DNA of 64,000 bases. Source: an uncultured virus (IMG/VR IMGVR_UViG_3300028603_000035). Taxonomy: Duplodnaviria > Heunggongvirae > Uroviricota > Caudoviricetes > Crassvirales. Within the stretch, counting starts at the first letter, position 1, and each line of letters starts with the position of its first letter. The stretch is taken from the IMG/VR virus record IMGVR_UViG_3300028603_000035; one strand, written 5' to 3'. The translations under genes and the position numbers were made by a program. The notes beneath the pieces were generated by a model that worked only from the letters and a program-made list of their open reading frames with translations, searched no databases and had not been told where the DNA came from. Shown piece after piece: positions 47,332 to 58,619 of the stretch.

Positions 47332-48198
47332 TCAATTGCTTGTCACAGAACTGCCGTTGAAAAGCATACTGTAATCCTTATGCTTTGCATTCATCATCGT
47401 CTGTGTGTTCTTCATATCTTTCATCACGTCATTGGTTATATACCGTTTGTCTTTAGCGAAATCACTTTCAAACAAAGGCTGTTTATGAACCATTTTATTC
47501 TGCCACCCTTCGTACACATTATCTACAGCAGTCATATCAGGATTGGCTGTGGCGGTCTTATTCTTCTTGCCGAACATACCTATCAGAGCATCTAAATCTT
47601 CTTTCCCTAACAGCTTGTTAAGCGTACTGCCAAGGTTAGCCTTCTCACCCTTGCTACCAAACTCTTTACGGTTACCACCTCCTAATATGTCGAAGATATT
47701 CTCTCCTGTCTGAGCGAGGTTCTTACCCTCAGAAGCCAATTTAGCAGCGTTTATAGCCGTTACCCCGCTCTCAATTAATTTTCCAATGTTCTTTATCGAA
47801 TCGTAGCCTACCCCTGCCATAGCGGCTATTTCTTGCTGTTTATTGATTTCTCTGAATATGATGTCGCTCGTACGCATCGGGTCGTCGCTGACAGCAGCAT
47901 CATAAACCATATCAGCACCCTTACTATATCTACTCTGCGACCTATACATATCGCCGGTAGCACTTACGTTCTGCGACCCCTCATTAGCACGACTACTCGT
48001 AGAAATAGACTTCCCCGTCCAACCGCTAACACCCTTATATATATAGGGACTTATAGTCTCGTAGGCTAAAGTGGGCGCCCAAGAAAAAGCCTTAGTCCAC
48101 GGTATCCAACTCAACGCCGCTGCCTGAGCCTTATTTCGTGTTTCGTAAATATTATCTAACGTCTTTAATTGACCGTACTGTTCTCTCCGTGTTGCCAT
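47332..48198 (-). CDS. putative cargo/ejection protein
   Basis: 288 aa, A/G-rich and helical; directly follows the muzzle-like gene. Confidence 0.5.
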   Translation of the reverse strand: MATRREQYGQLKTLDNIYETRNKAQAAALSWIPWTKAFSWAPTLAYETISPYIYKGVSGWTGKSISTSSRANEGSQNVSATGDMYRSQSRYSKGADMVYDAAVSDDPMRTSDIIFREINKQQEIAAMAGVGYDSIKNIGKLIESGVTAINAAKLASEGKNLAQTGENIFDILGGGNRKEFGSKGEKANLGSTLNKLLGKEDLDALIGMFGKKNKTATANPDMTAVDNVYEGWQNKMVHKQPLFESDFAKDKRYITNDVMKDMKNTQTMMNAKHKDYSMLFNGSSVTSN

Positions 48199-48201
48199 AT
48201 A

Positions 48202-51200
48202 TTATGCGTATGAAATGTTAAAATTAGTAACTATATTATTTATAAATATCTCCTTATCTCTGTTATCTCCGTTATATATCAATGTCGTCCGCATCCACGT
48301 ACCTAACATAGAACTGTCCTTATAATACAAGTCTTCCTCGTATTCGTCGGATATGTTATCTATCTGTATAGGCACTTGCCAATGGTGCGACAGATACTCA
48401 GGCTTGCTCCACCACTTATCTTCATCCATAAACGGATGCTCCGCCCTCTGGTCTTTAGTCTCAAACACTATCTTGCTGAACGGCGTCTGCTGACTCTCGA
48501 TGTCCATACTTTCAAACATCTTACTTAACATCATCGTATTCCTTTGCTCCGTAGCACCGTTGACAGTGATAGTAAGCATAAAGTCATGTCCGTAAAATGA
48601 ATTGTAGAAATGCTGTCTGAAGCTCTTGGCGTTATTATGCAGATACACCCTTCGCCCTGCATTATCCTTCCTTATCACACTAAACATATCATTCTTGATA
48701 TTAAAATATAGATAAGGGGTGAAGCTATATAACGACGTATAAGCTCCTAACATTTCCGACAGACATATCGTGATAGACTTATAGCTGTTTAAGAAAGTAA
48801 ACAACACCTCTCTGTATTTCCTGTCGTAGCCTGCTATCACGCCGAAGCCTCTAAACGAAGTGTCGGGAAATGTAGACAAGACATCACTAACATTAAGGCT
48901 CATACCGTGTGTCCGCTTAACGTTATTGATATATTTATTATACCATTCCTGTATTCCGAGCGTGCTGCTGATGACATCGCAGCTTAATGCTGCCCTCGTA
49001 GTCTCGTACATAGTAGGCTGCTGTGAGCGTCGTACCGCCCAAAGAGCGTCTTTATTGGTGTCTATACCGTAGATGCCGATGTCGGTCTTGACAAGAGCGT
49101 CCTTATGTGATAGCCCTATCTCAGATATGAGAACGGCATTCCTGCTTAAGATGAAGTTACCACCTACAGACAATATCTGTTCTTCCGTAACTTGCACCTC
49201 ATCGCCTGAATAGCTATGCTGTAACATACCGTTGTCCAAGAACGATACCAATGTGCCGTCTATATCGTTAATACGAACTATCTTGCCGTGTGATGATATA
49301 TAGTCGTGGTAAGCTCCTAAGTCCCATATAGCCCAACCGTCCTCGACGGCTTTGCTGTCGGCGAAATAACTCCACCGTATCCTGTTAGGATAAGAATACT
49401 TTAAGAACGATTGGTCGTTCTCCATAGTATAGAAGAAGTCGCTAAGCGTTCTATGATATCCGTGGTTATATGAAAGATTATAATATAGAGGGTACGTACG
49501 TCCTCCTGCTCCGGACACGTCATTGTGCGGATATACTAACACCCTATTCTTACGAGGCACTCTCACCTCCCCTGCTATCGTCTTATTAGGCATCAGCATA
49601 GAATAAGGATAGCTGTTCATCACCGTGCTGTCAGCACGTCCCTTAAGAGCGATGTTGAATTTGTTCTCCGTGATAACACCGACGGTAACGCCGTGAGCGT
49701 AGCTCGTCAAGGCAGACGTGAAGTGTCCCGTATAGCTATGGAAGTTGTCTCTACCGCCTATAACCTCCCAATTAGTGCCTACCTTCTTAGTAGTCCAATT
49801 AGGGTCACCGCCGGCAACATCGTTATTCCCCATACTAAGTTCCGTGCTGAACCACGACGTATGCTTAAAATATGTGCGGTCTAAGAAGCAATCTCCCTTT
49901 CCTAATACTACATCACGTTTATCTTGCTTGCTGTTGTCTCTGGCGATAATATCCTGCGGGAATGCCGTTCCTATCTCGTAATACGCCTCCGACGATATAT
50001 CATAGAATTTGACAATATCATCTATGTTCTCAGGGTCTGTTTTGTATAGGTTGACCAAAGACAAATCCTCATAGTTGTAATCTAAATAAAAATCTTTTCG
50101 TCCATATTGTTGAGGAAAGCCATCTCTATTCTGTGAGTTGTTGACAGTATTCACACTTGCATTAAGGTCTTTGAACTTCTTCTTCGTCGTCCCTTCGATT
50201 ACCACCTTGCTAAGCTGAACAGTTCTGTCATAATAGAAGTTAGTATAATCTCTCATACAACGATAGTCGTTATCCGAATAGCTTATTGATGGCAATTCAT
50301 CGTCGATGTTATGCTTACTGTCGTCAAACGCTAAGGCTATATACGGTGCGAAGACGGTATTCCTGTTAGAGGCGATGAAAGAGCGTGCGATAGTTTTATC
50401 TAAAAAAGTGCTAGATAACCCTAAGTCGATAGTTACAAACAGGCTTGACGACTTGCCTTTCATCAAATTAAACATATCTCTTGATGTAAGCTTTCCCGGA
50501 GCAGCATTACCGTCGGAGGCATTCAATAAGAAATTCGGGTTCTTTACCTGTGCAAAGTCGGTAGCATAGCTTATATATCGTTGTAAGTTATGCATATTAG
50601 CGTCTATGTCAGCACCTCCCGACTGTCCTCCCGACGACGTGTAGTCTATATGATTCGGCGCACAACACTTACCTGCCGCCAGACCCTCTAACTTCTTAGC
50701 ATCCATAATAGGACAGCACTCACGAGGGTTCTCCACCCTGAAGTAGCTCCTCACGCTATGCAGTAAGAATGCAGGGTTCTGCTTCAACGACACTGCTGCA
50801 TTAGGGATAGACGTGGGTAGATAGAAAGCATCAGCAGCATCGACACCGAAGGCTTTCAGGGATGCTCTGTACCTATGAACGAAGCCGCCGCCCCACCAAT
50901 CGTCGTTATCTTCATATAAAGTATATTCGCCAAAATTAAGATAGTCTCTTAATATAGGCTTTTGATAGAAGTCTGTGATAGACGGATAAGCGAAGAAGGT
51001 CTTCCATCCGTCGGCTTTAAAATAAGACTTGCTTATGTCCGTATTCGGCGTTAGACTGTTGTAGTCTGCTAACCCTTGCAGTCCGCTATATATAGTCTTA
51101 CGTATAGGCTTGATATATTTAACGGCTTCTACGTTTACCTCGGCTCTGCCGTAGATGAAGTCAGGCGAGAAGAAAGCTCTTGTCTTATCATAAGGATGAT

Positions 51201-54200
51201 ACATACACCGTGTGGTGTAGCTACGAGCTTGAGCAAACCTTAATGAGCTAGCATTACTTGTTCTACCTATACGCTGTATGCACGGCATATACCCTTTGAA
51301 GAAAGGAACTTTAATACTACCGCCCGTCTCGGCAAGTGGATACTGTAGGTATTGTGCGTACTGACCTCGTCCGGAAGAAAAAGTGGCAGAAGAAATATCG
51401 CTTTTATTATCGTAATCATACCAACGCATATCCAGACAAGGCGTACTGCCTTTGTTTAACTTATCTACAAAGATGTTCTGTTGCGGATATGAGTTGATAA
51501 ACCGCCATCCGGGGCCATCAGTGCCTCGTGGCTGACTGCCCATCTCTCCCCATATAAAGTCCGAACACGAATAAGCATAGTGATGTTCTGCATTATTATT
51601 GATGAAAGCTCCGAAAGAGACAGCACCTAACGCAGGCGGTGCTTCAAAGAGCTTGTGTGACTTTCCGCGCATAGTATGGTTTCTATCGGCTCTATCCAAA
51701 CACGACGAATTTTCGTTGTACTCGGAATAGAAATATGAATCCCACCTAAAGTCGACAGCATGATGCGAATACTTACCCGAATAAATGAATGACTTAGCAT
51801 TAAACATCCTTATATTATCATTAGCATCTAACTGAACGTAAGACTTAATGGTATATAGCTTAGCAGGGAAAGTAACATCACCCCTATCATTAGCATCGCC
51901 ACTGTAACTCCTGCTGTCGAAAATCTTAATAGAACTATTACCAAGCTGTCCGTGCAGGTGTAACTTCCTACCTATATTCTGTTTTGCATCTTTATCATAA
52001 CTACACATATGCTCTATCGTCTCGAAGTTGTACGATATTAGCTTCTCGAAACTACGATGATTATATGTTACCCCGCCGTCGGGTCTAAAATCTAAACTTT
52101 CGTATTCGTAACGCTTAGGAAAAGGTATTATCGTGTTTGGCTTTTGGATTATACCTTGTGCAATGAGGTTATTAGCCATTCCCGTGCGTTCTGCACGCAG
52201 AAAAACTATTTTTGATAGTTTACTACGTAAATTTATTATCGTCGCTGTATCGTCGTATTCTTGACTTTGAACGTCATATTGCGTGAGCCAATTATAAGCC
52301 TCACTGAAATCAAAGCATACCTTGAATATCCTAATGACACTAGTGAAGTTGTCGCCTTCTACATTCAAACGTTGCGTGAGATTGAAAGCGTCATCGACAT
52401 ATCCATTCATACTATAATCAGCGACATTCTTGATACCGTCATACTTGATAAGATTGTCTTTGCTGTCTAACTTCTTAACATAATTACTCCTTGACGGAAA
52501 CCTATATATTCCATATTGGTTTTTCTTAAACATCCTCGTTCCCGGCACTACGGTATACGGCGACGGGCTGTCAGCCTTCAAGTCTCTAAAACGTAATCCC
52601 GGCTCAGCGATAAGACCACCGCAAGGCTCGTAAGCCTCGTAATCCAAATCACTCTCCTTGTTAGCGTAATAATGGTCTATGCCCGTGCAAGGGAAAGCAC
52701 CGTACTTATTACCGTATATATCTACCGCCATCAACGAGAAAGCATATATCTCGCCTCCGAAATAACCCACATCTTCAATGATATGTTGCTGTTCGCTGTA
52801 ATAAGCATCGTTGAAGTCCATTTCGCTTATACTATCGGAAATGAAGGTATGACTGAAAGGCGACGACAGATACACCATTCTGCTGTCATAGTCTATATGA
52901 CAAACAATTTGATGCATGCTGTCATAAAGAACATTGGATATCACCTCATACGTCGTACCTGCGTGAAACACTGTCGGCATCATAATATAATCTCCATCTA
53001 TACCGGCGCTGTTATGGCTATACTTGATATGAACACGAGTGCTATGTATAACAGTAACATAATCTCCTGCTACATGTTTAATACCTTCATCGCTATTATA
53101 CTCCTTATTAAAAGAAGATATTTCCTCATAGTTATAATTTGAACTGTTATTAGTATCTTTAACCAACCATTCATCCATATCGTTGGTAGTATGAAATTCA
53201 TAACCTTCCAAGTCAGCGTATATGGTTTCATCGAATACCAACTTAATATCATAGTTCGTTTCCATTGACGCTTCTACGCTCGTGAACTCAAAAGTGAGAT
53301 TGATAGCAACGCTACCTTCGTTTAATGAGAAGTCAACAGAGCCATTGTCGTCGCCTCGCAACTTAATCTCTATCTTATCTTCGTTATGATAGTTATAACT
53401 CGTGCTGTCTATCGTTATATTCCCTACTACCCTAAACGGTATTCTATCGCCCTCCAAACTCTTACTTATACTTATACCACCCTTGTCTGTCGGCATAGGA
53501 AGCTCGCCGTCCTTGACAACACAGCGTACCTTAACACGTTTAAAGAACTCACGAAGCAAATTCACGTCTAACACCTCATTACTCATATTAGCTTGGTATA
53601 AGACATTATTAACGGCGTGTATATCTCTCGGTATCATCTCTATCGTACGTAAGTTCTCTTGTTCGTCGAAATCCATTACATTATCGCTTACATTAGTAAT
53701 GTTTACCTCTAACGTGGACATATCACTACCTATAACGAAGTTATCTGTCAGTATACCTTTCTTATTGATAATATTAAAACCGTCGCTCTCGTCCGACGCC
53801 CTGAAAGAATATCCTACCTCTACCTTCTTGTATGCCGACGACACAGGAATAGTAATAACGATACTCTGCTGTGAGAACTTATCAGGAGCATACATATCGC
53901 CTTGAGCAAACTTCTTATCGTTATCGTCGTCTTCTGTGGGTTCGTAAGTGTCTACACCTATATTGATAGGCGGTGTCTCAAACAGCCATAACGTCTTATC
54001 ATAGGTGTCCTTGACGAACCTGAAAAAGAAAATCCAATTACCGTAAGGGATATTACCGCCACTTTTCTTAATTCTGATATTGCTATGTTCTATTACGGTG
54101 TTTAGAATATCCAACGACGGTGTTTTCAGCAACCTCGTAGCTTCCTCAAAGCTAACTCTATCATACTTTCTATGCGAAAGATATATGCCTGTCTTAATAT

Positions 54201-54714
54201 CAAAGCCGTTATTGACAATCCTAAGCATATCCTTACCTGTACATATATACATATTGACGGTATTATCGTACTCTATCTTGATGACTGTGGTCATACGAGT
54301 GTCTGTCGTCCACCCAAAGATGTTACTCGGAAAGTTACAAGCACTGTTGTTGCCGTCTTTAATATTCAATAGCGGGCTGTATTCACGCTTGAAGCCACCC
54401 CCTTGATTAGGGCTTGGAAAGCACCCTATCTCCATCCTGTTGATTCTTCCGTTGACAGAGAAGATAAAAGCTACACCGCCAGCTTCCGTAGCTCCTACGA
54501 CAGTATAACCTTCGTTGACCTGTAGCTCAGCACCCTCCATAGTGCCTATATTGTCCTGATTGGTATTGCCAGGGATATTGGTAATGCTAAAACCTTTACC
54601 GTTATTATACACCCTTGCATTCAACGTGGGGAAAGTCCACTTGTCGTTAGACTGATACATGGGAGCTAAATCGCTGTTTAACCCTTTGTTAAATATGTTT
54701 AATTGACTTTCCAT
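48202..54714 (-). CDS. tail muzzle / stabilisation protein (P22 gp10-like)
   Basis: N-terminal FNKGLNSDLAP..LNARV; C-terminal YPNRIRWS, HGKIVRI, GYDRKYREVLFTF, TSLYSFTP beta-propeller patterns; position after the ring genes. Confidence 0.75.
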   Translation of the reverse strand: MESQLNIFNKGLNSDLAPMYQSNDKWTFPTLNARVYNNGKGFSITNIPGNTNQDNIGTMEGAELQVNEGYTVVGATEAGGVAFIFSVNGRINRMEIGCFPSPNQGGGFKREYSPLLNIKDGNNSACNFPSNIFGWTTDTRMTTVIKIEYDNTVNMYICTGKDMLRIVNNGFDIKTGIYLSHRKYDRVSFEEATRLLKTPSLDILNTVIEHSNIRIKKSGGNIPYGNWIFFFRFVKDTYDKTLWLFETPPINIGVDTYEPTEDDDNDKKFAQGDMYAPDKFSQQSIVITIPVSSAYKKVEVGYSFRASDESDGFNIINKKGILTDNFVIGSDMSTLEVNITNVSDNVMDFDEQENLRTIEMIPRDIHAVNNVLYQANMSNEVLDVNLLREFFKRVKVRCVVKDGELPMPTDKGGISISKSLEGDRIPFRVVGNITIDSTSYNYHNEDKIEIKLRGDDNGSVDFSLNEGSVAINLTFEFTSVEASMETNYDIKLVFDETIYADLEGYEFHTTNDMDEWLVKDTNNSSNYNYEEISSFNKEYNSDEGIKHVAGDYVTVIHSTRVHIKYSHNSAGIDGDYIMMPTVFHAGTTYEVISNVLYDSMHQIVCHIDYDSRMVYLSSPFSHTFISDSISEMDFNDAYYSEQQHIIEDVGYFGGEIYAFSLMAVDIYGNKYGAFPCTGIDHYYANKESDLDYEAYEPCGGLIAEPGLRFRDLKADSPSPYTVVPGTRMFKKNQYGIYRFPSRSNYVKKLDSKDNLIKYDGIKNVADYSMNGYVDDAFNLTQRLNVEGDNFTSVIRIFKVCFDFSEAYNWLTQYDVQSQEYDDTATIINLRSKLSKIVFLRAERTGMANNLIAQGIIQKPNTIIPFPKRYEYESLDFRPDGGVTYNHRSFEKLISYNFETIEHMCSYDKDAKQNIGRKLHLHGQLGNSSIKIFDSRSYSGDANDRGDVTFPAKLYTIKSYVQLDANDNIRMFNAKSFIYSGKYSHHAVDFRWDSYFYSEYNENSSCLDRADRNHTMRGKSHKLFEAPPALGAVSFGAFINNNAEHHYAYSCSDFIWGEMGSQPRGTDGPGWRFINSYPQQNIFVDKLNKGSTPCLDMRWYDYDNKSDISSATFSSGRGQYAQYLQYPLAETGGSIKVPFFKGYMPCIQRIGRTSNASSLRFAQARSYTTRCMYHPYDKTRAFFSPDFIYGRAEVNVEAVKYIKPIRKTIYSGLQGLADYNSLTPNTDISKSYFKADGWKTFFAYPSITDFYQKPILRDYLNFGEYTLYEDNDDWWGGGFVHRYRASLKAFGVDAADAFYLPTSIPNAAVSLKQNPAFLLHSVRSYFRVENPRECCPIMDAKKLEGLAAGKCCAPNHIDYTSSGGQSGGADIDANMHNLQRYISYATDFAQVKNPNFLLNASDGNAAPGKLTSRDMFNLMKGKSSSLFVTIDLGLSSTFLDKTIARSFIASNRNTVFAPYIALAFDDSKHNIDDELPSISYSDNDYRCMRDYTNFYYDRTVQLSKVVIEGTTKKKFKDLNASVNTVNNSQNRDGFPQQYGRKDFYLDYNYEDLSLVNLYKTDPENIDDIVKFYDISSEAYYEIGTAFPQDIIARDNSKQDKRDVVLGKGDCFLDRTYFKHTSWFSTELSMGNNDVAGGDPNWTTKKVGTNWEVIGGRDNFHSYTGHFTSALTSYAHGVTVGVITENKFNIALKGRADSTVMNSYPYSMLMPNKTIAGEVRVPRKNRVLVYPHNDVSGAGGRTYPLYYNLSYNHGYHRTLSDFFYTMENDQSFLKYSYPNRIRWSYFADSKAVEDGWAIWDLGAYHDYISSHGKIVRINDIDGTLVSFLDNGMLQHSYSGDEVQVTEEQILSVGGNFILSRNAVLISEIGLSHKDALVKTDIGIYGIDTNKDALWAVRRSQQPTMYETTRAALSCDVISSTLGIQEWYNKYINNVKRTHGMSLNVSDVLSTFPDTSFRGFGVIAGYDRKYREVLFTFLNSYKSITICLSEMLGAYTSLYSFTPYLYFNIKNDMFSVIRKDNAGRRVYLHNNAKSFRQHFYNSFYGHDFMLTITVNGATEQRNTMMLSKMFESMDIESQQTPFSKIVFETKDQRAEHPFMDEDKWWSKPEYLSHHWQVPIQIDNISDEYEEDLYYKDSSMLGTWMRTTLIYNGDNRDKEIFINNIVTNFNISYA

Positions 54715-54721
54715 AATTATC

Positions 54722-55711
54722 TTATTTGTTTGTTGGTGGCACTACTACTAAGGTGTACGTGGCATTAGCGTCGTAGTTACACGACGTGAGGTCTACCGTG
54801 ATAAAAGCAGGATTACACTTAACAGGAGCTATGAAGACACTGCCATTCTTATATAATATTACAGCACTATCCTCGAAGGTGTCTAACCCTAACGAAAGGT
54901 CTAAGGGGATAGTCCATATATTACCTGCGAACATACCGTTAGTGCCAAGAATATAAGTAATAGACTTAGTAAACGGTTTCTCTTTTAACTTATTATTGAT
55001 AATATCTATATAATTATCCATTATTTTTCGTATATCCATAATATCCAAATTTAAATCTTCTTTGTTTTCAGGCAACACTATCTCTCGTCCTGCTAACGAC
55101 GTAAGCGGTAAGCCCGTCTCTCCTGCTCTCTCTGCTAATCTATAATACAAATCTTTAAAAGGCTCGTTGTAGCGATGTAGCGACAACGATGCTATAGCGT
55201 CTATCGTCCACTCTCTAAACCCTTGCTTAGCACGTAGCACGCTACCGGAGAACTCAGCCCACCTGTTAGCTTGTATCCTATAAATATGAGCGTCTAAAGC
55301 AGCCTCGTCCTCAAAAAGCTGTATGATAACATAACGCCGACAGGCATCTCTATGGCTCGCTGCCACCAACGGCATACAGTCATAATCCATAGCAACACCC
55401 AAGAACTCTATCTTGACATGCCTATTCTCATACGCTTTAAGTCCGTGAATATAGCTACCGCTGACAGCCTTATTCTCGATAAGCCTACCGTCCTCATCCT
55501 CGATAAGCAATATCCTATATATATTCTTAGGAAGGGTTATCCTTCCGTCAATAACTTTCGTAACATATACGTAGCGGTGCATAATGTCTACATCGCAAAT
55601 GTAGTCTGTCTCTACCTGCATACACCATTCCACTACGTCGTATAACGAAAACGTCCTACTCTTATACGTTCTCGCCACGTCCATATAAATCTCCTCCGGT
55701 CTGATATACAT
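54722..55711 (-). CDS. tail ring protein
   Basis: DVVEWC, RITLPKNIYRI and IEFLGVAMDYDCMPLV resemble crAss ring proteins; directly upstream of the muzzle-like gene. Confidence 0.6.
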   Translation of the reverse strand: MYIRPEEIYMDVARTYKSRTFSLYDVVEWCMQVETDYICDVDIMHRYVYVTKVIDGRITLPKNIYRILLIEDEDGRLIENKAVSGSYIHGLKAYENRHVKIEFLGVAMDYDCMPLVAASHRDACRRYVIIQLFEDEAALDAHIYRIQANRWAEFSGSVLRAKQGFREWTIDAIASLSLHRYNEPFKDLYYRLAERAGETGLPLTSLAGREIVLPENKEDLNLDIMDIRKIMDNYIDIINNKLKEKPFTKSITYILGTNGMFAGNIWTIPLDLSLGLDTFEDSAVILYKNGSVFIAPVKCNPAFITVDLTSCNYDANATYTLVVVPPTNK

Positions 55712-55717
55712 AATATA

Positions 55718-56230
55718 TTATTTTAAATAGTAAATATCTTCGCCTTTAACTTCTATCTTGTTAAGAGTGATGTCTTCGCTGGCATTGAACTTAACCTTAC
55801 CTGCTACCTTAACATTACTCTTATTTTCTTTCTGTAGTTTTTTCCACAACTCAATGCCGTTATGTTCTACTTTGCCGTGTATGTCCACGCCTATAGTGTC
55901 CAATATAAGTCCTCTTATATCGCCTGACCACTGCATCTGATACTTGTCTCTCCACCATTTGGCAATACTACGCTTATCGTCGGGAATGACATTGTCATCT
56001 TCTACCACTACGTCGGTAGGCAGTATCCACCATTCATCGCCTTCAACATATCTGTATGCCTCTACGGTAGTCATCGTAATAGGGTCTACAAGGATATTCA
56101 GCTTACCTTCCGCCATCACCTGTTCACGGAAAAGAAAATAACGGTATACACCTTTATTACTCCTTGCCGTGTGATTGCACGTGAAGGTTACCATAACCAC
56201 CCTTATATTATCAGCATTGTTATTCTTCAT
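55718..56230 (-). CDS. hypothetical late protein
   Basis: 170-aa ORF overlapping the upstream gene. Confidence 0.6.
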   Translation of the reverse strand: MKNNNADNIRVVMVTFTCNHTARSNKGVYRYFLFREQVMAEGKLNILVDPITMTTVEAYRYVEGDEWWILPTDVVVEDDNVIPDDKRSIAKWWRDKYQMQWSGDIRGLILDTIGVDIHGKVEHNGIELWKKLQKENKSNVKVAGKVKFNASEDITLNKIEVKGEDIYYLK

Positions 56231-56927
56231 CTTCCATAGTATCTATCGGTTGTTGTTGTCGTGCCTGTGGCATCAACCCTAATCGTCTTAACTCATCTCT
56301 CTCGTTGTTATATTCATCAGGATATATATGATACGCTTGTAAGATATGCTGTATCGTCAGCACTTGCAGTCTATAATCGCTGGGACACGGATACGGTGTC
56401 TCGTCAGTGAAGTTGCAAGCGTCGATAGGATTATCCAAAAGCAATATTCCTGTTAATAGTTTTAACTCCTCGTTATTTCTTCTTGGGACATTCTTCAACA
56501 GCACTCTGTCGCCTAAAACAAGATAATGGAACTTGTCCGCCACATATCGTGAGTGATGAAGCATAGAAAAGCCCTCTACGCTTAATTTCGTGCCGTTAGA
56601 GAGCATATCGTCGCCTCCAAGGTATTTTATATCGTGTGGCGACATATCCTTCACCAAAGGCGGTAAAACGACTTGTTTCGTACCTTCACCGCTTATGGTG
56701 TATCCTACATACTCACACTCGTTGCTTACACACTCTATCTCCAAGCAAGGTATCAGTTGATAGAAAGAGCTGTCTACGCCCTTAGGCTTCTGTTGCCGTA
56801 TGAGAGCAGCACGTACTATATTCATAGACGCTAATATCACCTCATCGATAATATCCGTCTTGTCAAAAGTCTTATACGAATGCAAGGTCTCTCTGATAAG
56901 CTCTATATGTTCTTTTGCCGTCGCCAT
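56220..56927 (-). CDS. tail ring / tubular protein
   Basis: RAALIRQ..YQLIPCLEIECV..LP...DETPYPCP pattern typical of crAss ring proteins; synteny. Confidence 0.6.
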   Translation of the reverse strand: MATAKEHIELIRETLHSYKTFDKTDIIDEVILASMNIVRAALIRQQKPKGVDSSFYQLIPCLEIECVSNECEYVGYTISGEGTKQVVLPPLVKDMSPHDIKYLGGDDMLSNGTKLSVEGFSMLHHSRYVADKFHYLVLGDRVLLKNVPRRNNEELKLLTGILLLDNPIDACNFTDETPYPCPSDYRLQVLTIQHILQAYHIYPDEYNNERDELRRLGLMPQARQQQPIDTMEDEE

Positions 56928-56952
56928 AATGATTAAATTTAAATTGTTATTA

Positions 56953-57003
56953 AAAGAATGTTAGTGCGAGGGTGGACACGCCACCCCCATACCAACTAAC
57001 ATC
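56953..57003 (-). terminator. terminator-like hairpin after the auxiliary capsid gene
   Basis: Minus strand ATGTTAGT..GGGGTGG-CGTGT-CCACCCT..ACTAACAT-TCTTTT. Confidence 0.65.
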
Positions 57004-57013
57004 ACCCCTTCTT

Positions 57014-58597
57014 TTATTTCCAAGATGAAATTGCTGTTCCTGTCAAATATGCCAAGATATCTTCAAAATTGACACCAGGACTTGACGCCGTGTCAGCCTT
57101 TAATACATTCCAATTACTTGAAGGAGTATCCCATTTTTTCGTTTGAGCAATAGTCTTCGGAACATATATCAACACTCTTTGCTCATAAGCGTTGACGTGA
57201 GAAGCTCCGTGAAGGTCAGGAGTAGACATATCCACACCTAACTCGTAGCAGATATGCTCTTTCGCAGTGGGCATACTACCGCCTTTAACGGCTTCCAAAC
57301 CTGTAATAGATAAGCTATAACCTCTGAAATCTTCTTGTATTCTCTCTAAGGTAAGAACAGGGAATGACCCTCTACCTAAAGAGTGGAAGTTGATGTCATC
57401 AAAAGTTTTTAACTGTAAAATATTATTTAGGTTCACAAGACCGTCGGGAGTAGTTGTCCCCGTATTGTAATAGTTAGTACCGCCTGTATCTTTGATGTCT
57501 ACCTTGAAATAGGACACCTCAATGTCGGCTTTAGGAGCATATGCTTCCAAAACGACATACGAAGAAGCTCCTCGTATCCACAAACGATAGTCTACCGTCA
57601 AACCTACAGCACTTACATAGAAGTCTTCAAAGTCTTTAGTACCCATAATAGCGATGCTACCACCGATATTAGCAACTACATACGGACTTAAATAGTTAGT
57701 ACGATAGAATATACTTCCTGCCGTCTTAACCTCATCAACGGGGATAACCGTCGACGCAATGGTATTGTCAGTAGGAGTAGAAACCACTTGTTTTAAGTTA
57801 TACTCAACACCTTTGGTAAAGGTAAAATCACTTGCTGTTCCAAGAGTTCCTTCGGTAGCCTTGTAAACAGGTTTAGAGCTAGTGTTGATACCCATAGCTT
57901 GAGCTTCAGCTTCGGTAACGGTAATATCACCCGATGCTGTCCCCCACGCTACATAGTCGGCACCGGAAGCAGCAGCCTCAACGGTATAACGTACCGTATC
58001 CGCAGCCTGTGCTACCGTATGTGTCATATCGGACTTAACAGTCATATTACCATAAGACGATAACAATGCCACCTTACGTGCTATAGCAGATGTGTGCAAA
58101 CGGCTCTCATAGCTCTTATTCGATAACGGAATATACGACGTTTGGATGTCTTTCATCAAAAGAGCTTTCATTATGTTCATATCTGCTTCGGATACTACAC
58201 CGCCATTAACGGACGGACTTAGCACCTCGCCTGTGAAGACACGAACCTCTTTGTTACCACGAGAGGTGTCAAAGCCGGGACGCTCTACAAACTCACGTAT
58301 GCCAAGCGACAAGCTCTTACCACCGTCGACGTTCACTCTATTGTTAAACTTAACCAAGAACGAACTTGGATAGCCATAATTAGTTACTGTTCTACTTAGG
58401 TAGTTGATACCCTTTTGAACTTTCGTTGCTGTCGGCACGTCATAACCAGCGCCGGGGTTCGTCCCTTTGACGCTAAACCCTTCGTTAGCGATGTTCAAGA
58501 CAAATCTATTGTCTGAACTGTCAACGAACAGCTTTACATTCTTAATGTCCACATCGGACAAGAACACTTTCTTTTTTGGATATTTCAAATTTTGCAT
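57014..58597 (-). CDS. putative auxiliary capsid (decoration) protein
   Basis: 527 aa, T/A/S-rich, followed by a terminator; position matches crAss-like synteny. Confidence 0.5.
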   Translation of the reverse strand: MQNLKYPKKKVFLSDVDIKNVKLFVDSSDNRFVLNIANEGFSVKGTNPGAGYDVPTATKVQKGINYLSRTVTNYGYPSSFLVKFNNRVNVDGGKSLSLGIREFVERPGFDTSRGNKEVRVFTGEVLSPSVNGGVVSEADMNIMKALLMKDIQTSYIPLSNKSYESRLHTSAIARKVALLSSYGNMTVKSDMTHTVAQAADTVRYTVEAAASGADYVAWGTASGDITVTEAEAQAMGINTSSKPVYKATEGTLGTASDFTFTKGVEYNLKQVVSTPTDNTIASTVIPVDEVKTAGSIFYRTNYLSPYVVANIGGSIAIMGTKDFEDFYVSAVGLTVDYRLWIRGASSYVVLEAYAPKADIEVSYFKVDIKDTGGTNYYNTGTTTPDGLVNLNNILQLKTFDDINFHSLGRGSFPVLTLERIQEDFRGYSLSITGLEAVKGGSMPTAKEHICYELGVDMSTPDLHGASHVNAYEQRVLIYVPKTIAQTKKWDTPSSNWNVLKADTASSPGVNFEDILAYLTGTAISSWK

Positions 58598-58619
58598 TTT
58601 TATTTAATTTTTTATGTTA